Assembly (NCBI RefSeq): GCF_006345805.1
Contig: NW_021833036.1
Coordinates: 1 to 64,000 of the forward strand
Reading direction: 5' to 3'
Length of the DNA stretch: 64,000 nucleotides
Source of the DNA: Octopus sinensis
Lineage: Eukaryota
Positions 24,306-37,233 of this stretch are shown here, in pieces (position 1 is the stretch's first letter; every line of letters starts with the position of its first letter). The translations under genes and the position numbers were made by a program. The notes beneath the pieces were generated by a model. It searched no databases and had not been told where the DNA came from. It saw only the letters and a list, made by a program, of their open reading frames with translations.

Positions 24306-24659
24306 TAATGTCTGTTCACATGAGTTCCAGATCTCAAAAACACACTGACCAACAAACTACAGCCATGTCCTTATGTGTTATTAAAGCCAGGCTCTCTGTT
24401 GGATATGACGAGTATTCCAGTTGATGCAATCAACTGAACAGCTTGTCTGGGAAATTAACATGGAAGTGGCCGAGTACTCCACAGTCGTGCATACCTTGTT
24501 GAAAGTTCACAAGGAGATTCAGTTTGACACGCCAATTGCAACTAGGCTGACCCTTGGCCCTTTGAATTACAAGTGGGGCAACATGAAATGAAGGGTCTTC
24601 ATCGTAACTTAGCAGTTCAGGAACAGACCCCGATAAAATAGAATAAGCATCAGGTTTTA

Positions 24660-25440
24660 CGAAAAAATACCACGTGTGGTAAGAAGCTTGCTAACCAACC
24701 ACATGGTTCCGGGTTCAGTCCCACTGCATGGCACCTCAGGCAAGTGTCTTCTACTATAGCCTCGGGCCAACCAAAGCCTTGTGAGTGGATTTGGTAGACG
24801 GAAACTGAAAGAAGCCCGTCGTATATATATATATAGGTGTAGGAGTGGCTGTGTGGTAAGTAGCTTGCTTACCAACCACATGGTTCCAGGTTCAGTCCCA
24901 CTGCGTGGCACCTTGGGCAAGTGTCTTCTACTATAGCCCCGGGCCGACCAATGCCTTGTGAGTGGATTTGGTAGACGGAAACTGAAAGAAGCCCGTCATA
25001 TATATATATAGGTGTAGGAGTGGCTGTGTGGTAAGTAGCTTGCTTACCAACCACATGGTTCCAGGTTCAGTCCCACTGCATGGCACCTCAGGCAAGTGTC
25101 TTCTACTATAGCCTCGGGCCAACCAAAGCCTTGTTAGGGATTTGGTAGACGGAAACTGAGAGAAGCCTATTATATATATATTTATGTGTGTGTCTGTGTC
25201 TGTCCCCCCGCCATCACTTGACAACCGTTGTCGGTGTGTTTACATGCCCGTAAAATAGCAGTTTGGTAAAAGACTCCGATAGAATAAGTGAAAAACGTCG
25301 CCCTTTTCAAGTCCACTGCCCTAACCACTGGGCCATTGTGCCTCCACAAATAGAATAAGTACAAGGCTTACAAACTCTTGGGGGAGATGCTCCAGCATGG
25401 CTGCAGTCAAATGACTGAAACAAGTAAAAGAACCTGGATC
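24660..25440 (+). mobile_element. SINE family A with tandemly repeated 5' halves
   Basis: Several head segments alternate before one degenerate tail. Confidence 0.8.
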
Positions 25441-25741
25441 AATTTATTCAACAAAAATTCTTCAAGGCAGTGCCCCAGCATGGCCACAATCTAGTGCCTG
25501 AAACAAAATATATAAAAAAAAAAGGACATAAAGGGCCAAGTTCTAAGTCCAAATCCCAAAGGGGTCATCTTGGCCCCTTTCATCATTTCAAGATCAGCAA
25601 AAGAAAATAACCCTTGCCCTTAGCAGCAGCAGCTCCCTATATGGGAGGTAACTCTGGCCATGATGACCCATCCGATCCATGCCAGCATGGGAAACAGACA
25701 CAAAGATGACAACACACTTCTAATGTATGTATTACCATTAT

Positions 25742-26425
25742 GTGGAGGCGCAATGGCCCAGTGGTTAGGGCAGCGGACTCGCGGTTGTAGGATCGCGGTT
25801 TCGATTCCCAGACCGGGCGTTGTGAGTGTTTATTGAGCGAAAACACCTAAAGTTCCACGAGGCTCCGGCAGGGGATGGTGGTGATCCCTTCTGTACTCTT
25901 TCACCACAACTTTCTCTCACTCTTACTTCCTGTTTCTGTTGTACCTGTATTTCAAGGGGCCGACCTTGTCACTCTCTGTGTCACGCTGAATATCCCCGAG
26001 AACTACGTTAAGGGTGCACGTGTCTGTGGAGTGCTCAGCCACTTACACGTTAATTTCACAAGCAGGCTGTTCCGTTGATTCGGATCAACCGGAACCCTCA
26101 TCGTCGTAACCGACGGAGTGCTTCCATATTGAGCGAAAACACCTAAAGCTCCACGAGGATCCGGCAGGGGATGGTGGTGATCCCTGCTGTACTCTTTCAC
26201 CACAACTTTCTCTCACTCTTACTTTCTGTTTCTGTTGCACCTGTATTTCAAAGGGCCGGCCTTGTCACTCTCTGTGTCACGCTGAATATCCCCGAGAACT
26301 ACGTTAAGGGTACACGTGTCTGTGGAGTGCTCAGCCACTTACACGTTAATTTCACGAGCAGGCAGTTCCGTTGATTCAGATCAACCGGAACGCTCATCGT
26401 CGTAACCGACGGAGTGCTTCCTTTA
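25742..26425 (+). mobile_element. SINE family D, full copy plus tandem partial copy
   Basis: A box tggcccagtgg, B box gtttcgattcc; the body is repeated from about 26130. Confidence 0.85.
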
Positions 26426-26870
26426 TATGGGAGGTAACTCTGGCCATGATGACCCATCCGATCCATGCCAGCATGGGAAACAGACACAAAGATGACAACA
26501 CACTTCTAATGTATGTATTACCATTAAATACTTATCGCTTTACAAAATAATATATTATTTTTATTTTCCTTTTTTTCTTCAGAAACACAAGGCAGAAGAA
26601 GTAAGTATAAATATTTATATTAATCCAATGTTTGTTGATGTCGTTCTTGTTTCTTACCACACACACATCATCATCATCATCATCATCATCATCGTCCGTT
26701 CTCCATGCTAGCATGGGTTGGACGGTTCGACCAGGGATCTGGGAAGCCAGGAGGCTGCACCAGGCTCCGGTCTTATCTGGCAATGTTTCTACAGCTGGAT
26801 GCCCTTCCTAACGCCAACCACTCCGTGAGTGTAGTGGGTACTTTCTACGTACCACCGGCACAGGGGCCAG

Positions 26871-27288
26871 TCAAGACTTTGAAATAGTTCCCTTGCACAG
26901 GAATACATCAGTCCCCACTGTTCCTCCCACTTTTGGAATCGGGCCTGGAAATCGTTTTCCATAAGCAAGTCAAAGACCTCCAGCGATTCACTCTTGATCT
27001 CGACAACTTTGTTTAAACAACAACCTTTGAACTGCATTTTCAACTTGGGGAAGAGATGAAAGTTCGCAGGTGCTAAACCTGGTGACTAGGGCGGGTGCAG
27101 AAGCGATACCATGTTTTTGGTGAGAAACTCACAAGTAAGGAAATCTCAGTGACAGTGGCCATTTCTTTGCACTCCATAGATCCAGTCACATTCACTGAAT
27201 GTCCTCCGTCAAACACTTCAAAACATCGCAGTACAATTCTCAATCGATGGTCTGGCCCCGGGGGAAGAATTATTGATGCATAAATACC
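26871..27288 (-). mobile_element. Internally deleted mariner fragment
   Basis: HPP*SPGLAPANFHLFPKLK...FQKWEEQW; duplicate of part of 32011-32637. Confidence 0.75.
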
Positions 27289-27695
27289 GGGGATCTGGGA
27301 AGCCAGAAGGCTGCACCAGGCTCCAGTCTTATCTGGCAATGTTTCTACGGCTGGATGGCCTTCCTAACGCCAACCACTCCATGAGTGTAGTGGGTGCTTT
27401 TTACGTGCCACCTGCACAGGTGCCAGGCGAGGCTGGCAACAGCCACGGTCGGATTGGTGTATTTTACGTGCCACCGGCACGGAGGCCAGTCGGGGCGGCG
27501 CTGGCATCAGCCACGAGTCGGATAGTGCTTTTTACATACCACCAGACCAGGGATCCTGGCTGGTTCAATTCAATTTCGATTTCGCTTACCCCAACATGTC
27601 TTCGCAAGCAAAGTGAATGTTAATTGAGTAAATCTGGGACCATAGGACCCTGTCCTCTGTTTATGTCCACTATGTCCTATTTTCTGTCTATTCAG

Positions 27696-27752
27696 TCCAC
27701 CAAATCCACTCACAGGCCTTTCCGAGACCAAGAGAGAAAGCAAAAGATAAAG
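27696..27752 (+). CDS. Candidate in-frame SNAPC1 exon, partly SINE-like
   Basis: tttctgtctattcag|TCC...AAG|gtataa; 57 nt, phase 0/0. Its first ~22 nt resemble an antisense SINE-A segment. Confidence 0.25.
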
Positions 27753-27784
27753 GTATAAGTAGAGAGAAGGAGAGGAATATGGAT

Positions 27785-28002
27785 ACTCTTTTACTTGTTT
27801 CAGTCATTTGACTGCGGCCATGCTGGAGCACCGCCTTTAATCGAGCAACTCGACCCCGGGACTTATTCTTTTGTAAGCCCAGTACTTATTCTATCGGTCT
27901 CTTTTTGCCGAACCGCTAAGTAACGGGGACATAAACACACCAGCATCGGTTGTCAAGCAATGCTAGTGGGACAAACACAAACACACAAACATACACGCAC
28001 AC

Positions 28003-28035
<33 letters not shown>

Positions 28036-28205
28036 CGACAGGCTTCTTTCAGTTTCCGTTTACCAAATCCACTCACAAGGCTTTGGTCGGCCTAAGGCTT
28101 TGGTTAGCCTGAGGCTATAGTAGAAGACACTTGCCCGAGGTGCCACGCAGTGGGACTGAACCCGGAACCATGTGGTTGGTAAGCAAGCTACTTACCACAC
28201 AGCCA
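27785..28205 (-). mobile_element. SINE family A
   Basis: Reverse-complement full copy. Confidence 0.85.
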
Positions 28206-28489
28206 CATACAAGTTAATGTGTGAAAAACAAGATAGGAATTTTGAAAGAAGTATCTATAAAATTAGTTTAGGGGTCCAACAGAATAAAATAGAAATCAAA
28301 GGAGTCCATAGATAGAAAATGATTAGGGATTCCTGCTGTAAACAATGGGTGTAAATAAGGGCCACTACCGTAGAACCAGTGTCGTTCATTTCCAGTCTTC
28401 TGTAAAAACATGTCCAGCCAAGGGAAAATATTTTCTTAATTAGAATCCCGTGGATTGATACCTTGTAGGACATCTATAATAATAATAAT

Positions 28490-29079
28490 AATAATAATTA
28501 TCATCATCATCATTGTTTGACCGTGGTCGAGACAATGGAATTTACCATGCTACGCCAGACTTCACGGTCCATCATGGCATTACGGAGGTCCTGTTGCTGG
28601 ATGCATGTATCCCTGGAGATTACATCAGGGTAGGAGAGTGTGCGCCCTCTGGTATCGCGAGCAGATGGCTTCCAGAGGAGAAGAGTAGAAATTACCTCGT
28701 TTTCAGCTCTACAACAATGTCCAGCAAACTGGACTCTTCTACCTTTCACAAGAGATGACACAGGTGGTAGTTTCCCATATATTTGCATTTTGGTTGGATG
28801 ACGCTTCAACGAGAGATTTTGAGCTCTCATAAGGAGGCGAGTGTAGGTTCCATCCAACCGCCTCTCAAGCTTCTTTGATAATGCCCAGGTTTCTGAGCCA
28901 TATAGTAGAATTGGTTCAACTGTGGCTTTGAAGATTTCAAGTTTGAAGTCTCTACTTAGATTTGATGACCAGATCTTATGCATATCATTACAGGCTGACC
29001 AGGCCATACCCTTTCTAGTTAGAAAGTCTTTTCCAGATGATGATATGTATGACCCAAGATATTTGTAATCAGAAACCAT
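28490..29079 (-). mobile_element. RTE-clade LINE 3' end (RT C-terminus to stop, microsatellite tail)
   Basis: YKYLGS...VEPILLYGSETW...RRVQFAGHC...AMMDREVWR; second copy on the + strand at about 59020-59362. Confidence 0.9.
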
Positions 29080-29099
29080 ATTTAAGGGCGCATAATGAT

Positions 29100-29885
29100 A
29101 ATAATGAAATTATTGTATACAGTGCTCAGGTGCACCACAACTTGTCAAAAGTGCATATAAAGCATATGCAGTAATATACAAATGTCTGGGAAGTGAACAG
29201 TGTATGAGTCAGATCCATGCTTGCATGTGTATGGAGGGGAGAAAATCAGGTGTAGTGTTGGCGAATCTCAGGAAGCATGGAAGTTTTGAAGGATGCAGTG
29301 CTCCGACAACTAACAACTGATGCTGACAGTTTGTTCCATGCTTCAGCAACTCTTAGTGTGAAAAAATGTTTCCAAAAGTCATGGGAGTTGTGCTGTTTTC
29401 TGACTTTGTAAACATGTCCACGGGTGTTAGACAGATGGAGTTTGAAAAGGTGCTCAGAGTTATTGTTTGTAAGATGGTTAATAATTCTATGGGTGTCTGC
29501 CAAGTCAGCTGCCAGACATCGGAGTTTCAATGTGTCCATGCCCGGGGAAGTAAGGTGTTCAGAATATGGCAAAAGCCCGATGGAGGGTATTCTCTTGGTT
29601 GTCAGATACATGCTTGCGTGTGTATGGAGGGGAGAAAATCAGGTGTAGTGTTGGCGAATCTTAGGAAGCATGGAAGTTTTGAAGGATGCAGTGCTCCGAC
29701 AACTAACAACTGATGCCGGCAGTTTGTTCCATGCTTCAGCAACTCTTAGTGTGAAAAAATGTTTCCAAAAGTCATGGGAGTTGTGCTGTTTTCTGACTTT
29801 GTAAACATGTCCACGGGTGTTAGACAGGTGGAGTTTGAAAAAGTGCTCAGAGTTATTGTTAGTAAGATGGTTGTGAAAAATCTGT
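29100..29885 (-). mobile_element. CR1-clade LINE 3' end with internal tandem duplication
   Basis: TRGHVYKVRKQHNSHDFWKHFFTLRVAEAWNKL; a ~390-bp segment is repeated. Confidence 0.85.
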
Positions 29886-29969
29886 GGGTTTACTAGACAG
29901 GTAAATTTACACTCTCTCTCTCAATAAGTAAGAATGTTTATTTTATGTTTTTATTTTTGTCTGTTTCAG

Positions 29970-30173
29970 ACAATTCTTAGTCGGAGGAAGAAATTAAAGT
30001 ATCGCTCATACGGCCTCGTTGAATCTGATGACGTACAACCAAGCACAAGTAGCGCCACAGCCACCCGACAACCCAGTACAAGCGGCAGAATCTCTGCATC
30101 ATTCCGCATTCTTCAGTCGGCTGCAAAAGCAAGAGGCACTGGTTCCCCAACATCAGATGAGGATGCTGGCTAA
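29970..30173 (+). CDS. SNAPC1: Probable SNAPC1 terminal coding exon
   Basis: Strong acceptor ttttgtctgtttcag|ACA; phase 0; TILSRRKKLKYRSYG...SDEDAG* ends at TAA 30171-30173. The basic motif resembles recalled human SLAKIKSKAFS, and the rest is low-complexity. Confidence 0.55.
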   Translation, partial: TILSRRKKLKYRSYGLVESDDVQPSTSSATATRQPSTSGRISASFRILQSAAKARGTGSPTSDEDAG

Positions 30174-30479
30174 TGCTGTTGTCAGCAGTGTGGGCCACAT
30201 GTGGATTGGTGGACATGACAACACAACATTCAAGCTAATGGTGGAACCTGTACATGGTCACACAACCTGTTAGAAAGATCAGCCAAATCACCTTCAATGT
30301 AAACTCAACCATTATCAAAAAGGAAGTACATATCAGATGATGTGGTTCTCGATACACTGTCTGAAACAGCAAAATACATCAGGGATGGTCACATTTGGAA
30401 TGCCTTTTATTATAAGCTTTCTTGGATCATGAGTGACCGAGTACTAGAAATACTTAAGTTAATTTTTTGGCTCAAAAAG

Positions 30480-31140
30480 CAAGGCCATGTAGGGGGACAT
30501 GGAGTTATGTACGGGGAGGGTGTTCATGCAAAGAGTTCAGGCCATTTCTGGTCAAGAGAGACTTTGAACCGAGCGGTCGTCGGCATCTTCACTATCTCGT
30601 CTGGCAGCTTATTCCATGGATCTGCAACCCGGACGGGGAAAGCCCCTCTTCTTCGATTGAGATGAAATCGTCGCAGATAGAGCTTTTCGGAGTGACCCCG
30701 CAACCGACGCTCTGGAGCAGGAGTGAAGAACAGCTCTTTCAAGAAGTTACACTTTCTGCTTATGATGTTGTGAGGCCATGTAGGGGGACATGGAGTTATG
30801 TACAGGGAGGGTGTTCATGCAAAGAGTTCAGGCCATTTCTGGTCAAGAGAGACTTTGAACCGAGCGGTCGTCGGGATCTTCACTATCTCGTCCGGCAGCT
30901 TATTCCACGGATCCGCAACCCGGACGGAGAAAGCCCCTCTCCTTTGATTGAGATGAAATCGTCGCAGATAGAGCTTTTCGGAGTGAACCCCGCAGCCGAC
31001 GCTCTGGAGCAGGAGTGAAGAACAGCTCTTTCGAGAAGTTAATTCCACTCTCTTGGGTTTCAAACATGAGATACTGCCTTGTGTTGGTGGTCATGACGAT
31101 GGGGTACAACAATAATGAGCCAGTTGCGAAGGTTGTGTAA
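30480..31140 (-). mobile_element. CR1-clade LINE 3' end, tandemly duplicated
   Basis: RLRGHSEKLYLRRFHLNRRRGAFPVRVADPWNKLPDEIV occurs twice, period about 290 bp. Confidence 0.85.
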
Positions 31141-32010
31141 TTGCTCACCCTGCTGAGTTTGGCAGCTGAACACTCCCGAAATCATCATCATCATTTAGCA
31201 TTTGTTTTCCATGCTGACATGGGTTGGGCAGATTGAGAGAAGCTGGCCAGTTGGAGATCTGTCCAGGGGCTCCAATTGTCTGTTTTGGCATGGTTTCTAC
31301 GGCTAGCTGCCCTTTCGAATGCCAACCACTCTGGGTGCTTACCCAAGATTTATGACCATGAGTAAGGGTAGGCACAAACACCTAACTGAAAATAGCAAGT
31401 TTGTCTTTTACACCTTCCTCCCTTCACCTGATGACCGAATCTATAAGCTGGCACATTACTGCAGGTTATGTAACCCTTGCACTTAATTCAGTGCCCTACA
31501 ACCCATCACCCATGGAAACAGCCCCGAAGGATTTGAACTTCTCCACCTGCTTCAGTGCAACTCCATTCATATGTAGAATGTATTACGCTGGCTTCCTTGA
31601 GAGAATCAGTGTCTCTGTTTTTGAAGTCTTGATTTTTCATTCCTAAACAACAAATGCTTCTGAGAAATCATTTAACTTGCTTCATCTCACAGCCAGATCT
31701 CTGTCATCAAAAATACCTCAACAGCCTTATCATGTCATTACACAAGGTGGTATCAAAATGTTCCCAGGCTAGAGATGTTTAATAAAAAACAATTTGCATA
31801 AGTTTTAACATCATCATCATTGTTTAACATCCGTTCTCCATGCTAGCATGGGTTGGACGGTTCGACCGGGGATCTGGGAAGCCAGAAGGCTGCACCAGGC
31901 TCCAGTCTTATCTGGAAGTGTTTCTACAGCTTGATGCCCTTCCTAACGCCAACCACACCGTGAGTGTAGTGGGTACTTTTTATGTACCACCGGCACAGGG
32001 GCCAGTCAAG

Positions 32011-32900
32011 ACTTTGAAATAGTTCCCTTGCACAGGAATACATCAGTCCCCACTGTTCCTCCCACTTTTGGAATCGGGCTTGGAAATCGTTTTCCATAAG
32101 CAAGTCAAAGACCTCCAGCGATTCACTCTTGATCTCGACACCGTTGTTTAACCCTTTAGTGTTCAGATTATTCTATCAAACATAATGCTTATTGATTCTC
32201 ATTGATTTGAATTAATCATGCATTCTCTCATATCTTCAAGATCTTGATGGTGTAATTACCTAATGTAGAATAACATTGTAGGGTAGGTGTGAGAGCCTGG
32301 ATCTGGTCAGTTTGAACATAAAACAGATTAAATATTTTGGCCGGTTTAAATACTAAAGGGTTAAACAGCAACCTTTGAACTACATTTTCAACTTGGGGAA
32401 GAGATGAAAGTTTGCAGGTGCTAAACCTGGTGACTAGGGCGGGTGCAGAAGCGATACCATGTTTTTGGTGAGAAACTCAAAAGTAAGGAAATCTGTGACA
32501 GTGGCCATTTCTTTGCACTCCATAGATCCAGTCACATTCACTGAATGTCCTCCGTCAAACACTTCAAAACATCGCAGTTCAATTCTCAATCGATGGTCTG
32601 GCCCCGGGGGAAGAATTATCGATGCATAAATACCATATTTCCAGGGGTAACGATTGTGGTAGGTCTCCCAGATTGCTCATCATCAGCCAAGGACGTTGGC
32701 TCTTTGCGGTTTTTTGTCATGGACACGAACAGGTTACAGCATACACGTAATCACAAATTTCACAAAGTCGACACGGCAATGTCACTCGGAGCACTGTGCC
32801 ATGACGCTCACTGCTAGCTCTCCATGTGCATGCAACTGAGTGCTGACATCTGATCTTTTTGGCACCACCTTGTGTGAGTTATCTCCCCTGTAACTTGAAC
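32011..32900 (-). mobile_element. Internally deleted mariner element carrying a piggyBac MITE
   Basis: DDEQSGRP and HPP*SPGLAP..LFPKLK motifs. Confidence 0.75.
32152..32360. mobile_element. piggyBac-type MITE family B
   Basis: TTAA duplicated at 32148-32151 and 32361-32364; the empty site is seen in the paralogous block at 27013-27016. Confidence 0.9.
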
Positions 32901-33099
32901 TTAATTGTATACAGCGTTCAGATGCTGCACTACAAATTCCACAGAAATGGTAACCAAAACTGCAAGAACAATAATATAGAACAAAGCACAGGAAGTGAAT
33001 AGGGAATAAAGTCTACAAAAAGAAAATCTGATGGTTTGGGGCATCAGATGTACGGTTGGCGAATTTCAGAAAGCATGGAAGTTTTGAAGGATATGTGAA

Positions 33100-33845
33100 T
33101 AAATCCTTCTTCTATCCGCTCAGTCGAAGTCGACTCTCGGTCACTCGTTGGATCAGTGTCCACCAGTCAGTTCTATCCTGGGCCGCTCCTTTCAGATTGG
33201 CCATGTCCATTCCGGAATCACTCTTGATGGTGTCAAGCCAGCGGGTTCTTGATCGGCCTCTCCATCTCTTGCCACTGACTATTCCGTATATATATATATC
33301 TATCCGCTCAGTCAAAGTCGACTCTCGGTTACTCCATGGATCAGTGTCCTCCAGTCAGTTCTATCCTGGGCCGCTTTTTTCAGACTGGCCATGTCCATTC
33401 TGGTATCACTCTTGATGGTGTCAAGCCAATGGGTTCTTGGTCGGCCTCTTCCTCTCTTGCCACTGACCATTCCGAGCATGATGTCCTTCTCCAGGGATTT
33501 TCTCCGCATAATATGACCGAAATATGCCAATCTATGCTTGGTGATCCTAGCTTCTAGCGACATTTTCGGCCTGATCTGCTTAAGAACTTCTCCATTGGTT
33601 GGCCTCTTCCTCTCTTGCCACTGACCATTCCGAGCATGATGTCCTTCTCCAAGGATTTTCTCTGCATAATATGACCGAAATATGCCAATCTATGCTTGGT
33701 GATCCTAGCTTCTAGCGACATTTTCGGCCTTATCTGCTTAAGAACTTCTCCATTGGTGAGCCTCGCTGTCCATGGAATCCGTAAAAGTCTTCTCCAACAC
33801 CAAAGCTCAAATGCATTTATTCTCTTCTGGTCAGCTTTCTTTAGT
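33100..33845 (-). mobile_element. RTE-clade LINE 3' end with tandem duplications
   Basis: RINAFELWCWRRLLRIPW...LAYFGHIMRR...GKRGRGRPRTHWLD...DRTDWR. Confidence 0.9.
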
Positions 33846-34422
33846 GAATAAATAAATATAATAAATCAAAAACTACTCAGGTTTAAAAAAAATTTTTTAA
33901 CTCTTGTTCTGTTATTTTTTTATTAGTTTTTCTCTTTGTTTTTTTTGGGGTTTTTTTTTTCATTTTACATATTAAACAAAAAAAGGAACAAACAAACAAG
34001 TAATGGTTAAAAGTTTTCCATATTTAGTGCCATAAAAGATGCAAAAGTATTTTGGAAGTACCCCACCCCCAAACTTGTGCATTAAACCTTAGGGGTTATC
34101 ACTTGCCAGGAGCAAGGAAATGCTAGCAAATAGGGGATGCAACAACATACTGTAACTGTGCATGTTCCCATACCAGACTGGCTCAGGGGCCCGTCTACGC
34201 ATATAGGATCCATGATGGTGTTTTGAGATTCTTTTGATTTTTTACTCGTTTCAGTCATTTGACTGTGGCCATGCTGCAGCAGTGCCGTGAAAAATTTTAG
34301 TTGAACAAATTGCCCCAGGACTTATTCTATGGGTCTCTTTTGCCGAACTGCTAAGTTACGTAAACACACCAAGACCAGTTGTCATGGAAGCAGCCCAAAG
34401 CCATACACACACACACATATAT

Positions 34423-34590
34423 ATTGGGTTGGTGCATAATTATTGCGGCTTTTATTCAACAAAAACATCGTTAAATGATGGTCTTCCAAGCAAATGGGAA
34501 GCAGTAATTGAAGTAGATGGTGAATATGCTCCAGAATAATCATTTAAAGATGTTTTTGTTGAAAAAAAGCCGCAATAATTATGCACACAA
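34423..34590. mobile_element. mariner-derived MITE
   Basis: TIR ttgggttggtgcataattattgcggc / gccgcaataattatgcac; internal KWEAVIEVDGEY remnant. Confidence 0.7.
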
Positions 34591-34764
34591 TGGCCTTCTT
34601 AAAGTTTCTATCTACCAAATCTGCTCAAGGTCAACCAAAAGACATTTGAGCATGCAGTAAGATTGAACCCAGAACCACGTGGTTGGGAAGCAAGCTTCTT
34701 ACCACACAGCCACCCCCGCGTCTTTTTTTTTGTTTTGTTTTTTTAAATACATGAGTTATATATA

Positions 34765-35150
34765 GGCGCATGAGTGGCTGTGTGGTAAGTAGCCTGTTTA
34801 CCAACCACATGGTTCCGGGTTCAGTCCCACTGTGTGGCATCTTGGGCAAGTGTCTTCTGCTATAGCCCCGGGCTGACCAAAGCCTTGTGAGTGGATTTGG
34901 TAGATGGAAACTGAAAGAACCCCGTCGTATATATATATATATGTGTGTGTGTGTCTGTGTTTGTCCCCCTAGCATTGCTTGAGAACCGATGCTGGTGTGT
35001 TTACGTACCCGTCATCTAGCGGTTCGGCAAAAGAGACCGATAGAATAAGTACTGGGCTTACAAAGAATAAGTCCCGGGGTCGAGTTGCTCGATTAAAGGC
35101 GGTGCTCCAGCATGGCCGCAGTCAAATGACTGAAACAAGTAAAAGAGAGT
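34765..35150 (+). mobile_element. SINE family A
   Basis: Full copy. Confidence 0.88.
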
Positions 35151-35654
35151 AATACATCAAATTCAAAAAATTCTACAAGTACGGAAAATGTGAGAATTTT
35201 ACCAGTGCATATTCAAGAAAAAATGTTTATATCGCATTCAAGCTTACGGGAGGCCTAACTTCATGGATAGGACTTGTAGGTGATTCAAAAAATTTTTTGT
35301 GTGGGGAGTGGGGGTGCATCTTAAATGCCATGAAATACGGCAATTTCATAAATAACAAGGCAAAGAGAGAAACTAAACAAAACAAAAAAGGGGGCACTTA
35401 GTTTGAACACAGTATTTAACCTTTATGTAAGGGCCAAAACATTTGAAAATATTTTGAGGGGAAAATAAATGCAAACCATAAAAGACATCAAATACAGAAA
35501 ATTCCACAGGTACAGTTTATTTGAGGGCATATTAGATAGACATGGGCTAATTTCTGTAGTGCATATTCAATAAAAAATATTTTTATTGCATTTTATAAGC
35601 TTCAAGGGAACTAGGGTGATTTTAAGTTGTTTTTTGTGGGGGGTATGCATCTTA

Positions 35655-36205
35655 TAGTATTTCTTTATTGCCCACAAGGGGCTAAACATAGAGGGGACAA
35701 AAGGGATTAAGTCGATTGCATCAACCCCAGTACATAACCGGTACTTAATTTATCGACCCCGAAAGGATGAAAGGCAAAGTCGACCTTGACAAAATACCTA
35801 TTTCTTTACTACCCACAAGCGGCTAAACACAGAGGGGACAAACAAGGACAGACAAAGGGATTAAGTCGATTACATCGGCCCCAGTACATAACTGGTACTT
35901 AATTTATCAACCCCGAAAGGATGAAAGGCAAAGTCGACCTTGGCAGAATTTGAACTCAGAATATAACGGCAGACGAAATACCTATTTCTTTACTACCTAC
36001 AAGGGGCTAAACATAGAAGGGACAGACAAAGGGATTGTCGATTACATCGACCCCAGTGCACAACTGGTACTTATTTAATCGACCCCGAAAGGATGAAAGG
36101 CAAATTCGACCTCGGCGGAATTTGAACTCAGAACGTAGCGGCAGACGAAATACCGCTAAGCATTTCGCCCGGCATGCTAATGATTCTGCTAACTCACCGC
36201 CTTGG
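35655..36205 (-). mobile_element. SINE family B multimer
   Basis: Three to four tandem core-tail units and one head. Confidence 0.85.
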
Positions 36206-36869
36206 GGTCATGCATCTTATGTGCCATCAAGTAAGGTAATTTAATAAATAATGAGGTAACAGCAGAGTAAAAAAAAAAACAAGGGAACACATCAATTTAC
36301 CTGTGTACAGGTGGGGCCAAAAGTCATGCACCAAAACATTTGACATATACTGTTACGAAGAAAAAAAAGATACCCTTCCCCCACCCCTAACCCTAACCCT
36401 AAAATAGATTGAAATGCAATAGATCGATACTAAGGTTATAATTATGGGTGACAATTTCATTTGACACCGCTAGAAAAAAATCCCATTTTCCGTAGCGATG
36501 TCGTATGAAATTGTCACCCATAATTATAACCCTAGTATCTTTGTAAGCCTAGTACTTATTCTATTGGTCTCTTTGGCCGAACTGCTATGTTACGGGGACG
36601 TAAACACACCAGCATTGGTTGTCAAGTGATGTTGGGTGGGGACACAGACAAACAAACACTCATATATATACATATACATATATACGATGGGCTTCTTTCA
36701 GTGGATTTGGTAGACGGAAACTGAAAGAAGCCCATCGTGTATATGTATATATATGAGTGTTTGTGTGTCTGTGTCCCCACCCAACATCACTTGACAACCA
36801 ATGCTGGTGTGTTTACGTCCCCGTAACATAGCAGTTCAGCCAAAGAGACCAATAGAATAAGTACTAGGC

Positions 36870-37019
36870 TTACAAAGATACTAGGGTTATAATTATGGGT
36901 GACAATTTAGAACTATGTTTATCATGTAGATGTGTATTCATCATTATTGAAGAATGTTTTTGAAAATTCCAGAGTGTATTGAAGTTATTTTGTGCGTGAA
37001 TTTTGGCCCACCCTGTTTT
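36870..37019 (-). CDS. Candidate alternative terminal exon of HEI10
   Basis: Strong acceptor ttctattttctgatttcag; 49 open codons then TAA in phase 0, but partly transposon-like and with no recognisable homology. Confidence 0.3.
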   Translation of the reverse strand, partial: KTGWAKIHAQNNFNTLWNFQKHSSIMMNTHLHDKHSSKLSPIIITLVSL

Positions 37020-37233
37020 CTGAAATCAGAAAATAGAAATAAGGACAGAAACAAGATATTTTAGAACTGAAGAAACAAATACCAAACTCTCCATTCCTGT
37101 ATTCCAGAAGGATGTAGAAGGTGGAGGCAGAAGATGATGTATCTCAAAGAGTGAACAACCTGTGTTGCAGTTACAGACATTTAATGACAGAGCGGCTCTT
37201 GGAATGTCTACCAGAATGCAAGACACCACTCAC

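Noticed and set aside
25742-25815. tRNA genes at SINE heads (families A, B and D)
   Set aside because: A and B boxes are present, but there is no complete cloverleaf or acceptor stem and they are fused to SINE bodies.
29862-29899. Exon ending at acag|gtaaat, 70 nt upstream of the SNAPC1 last exon
   Set aside because: The sequence is the end of a CR1 fragment, and no acceptor gives an in-frame exon.
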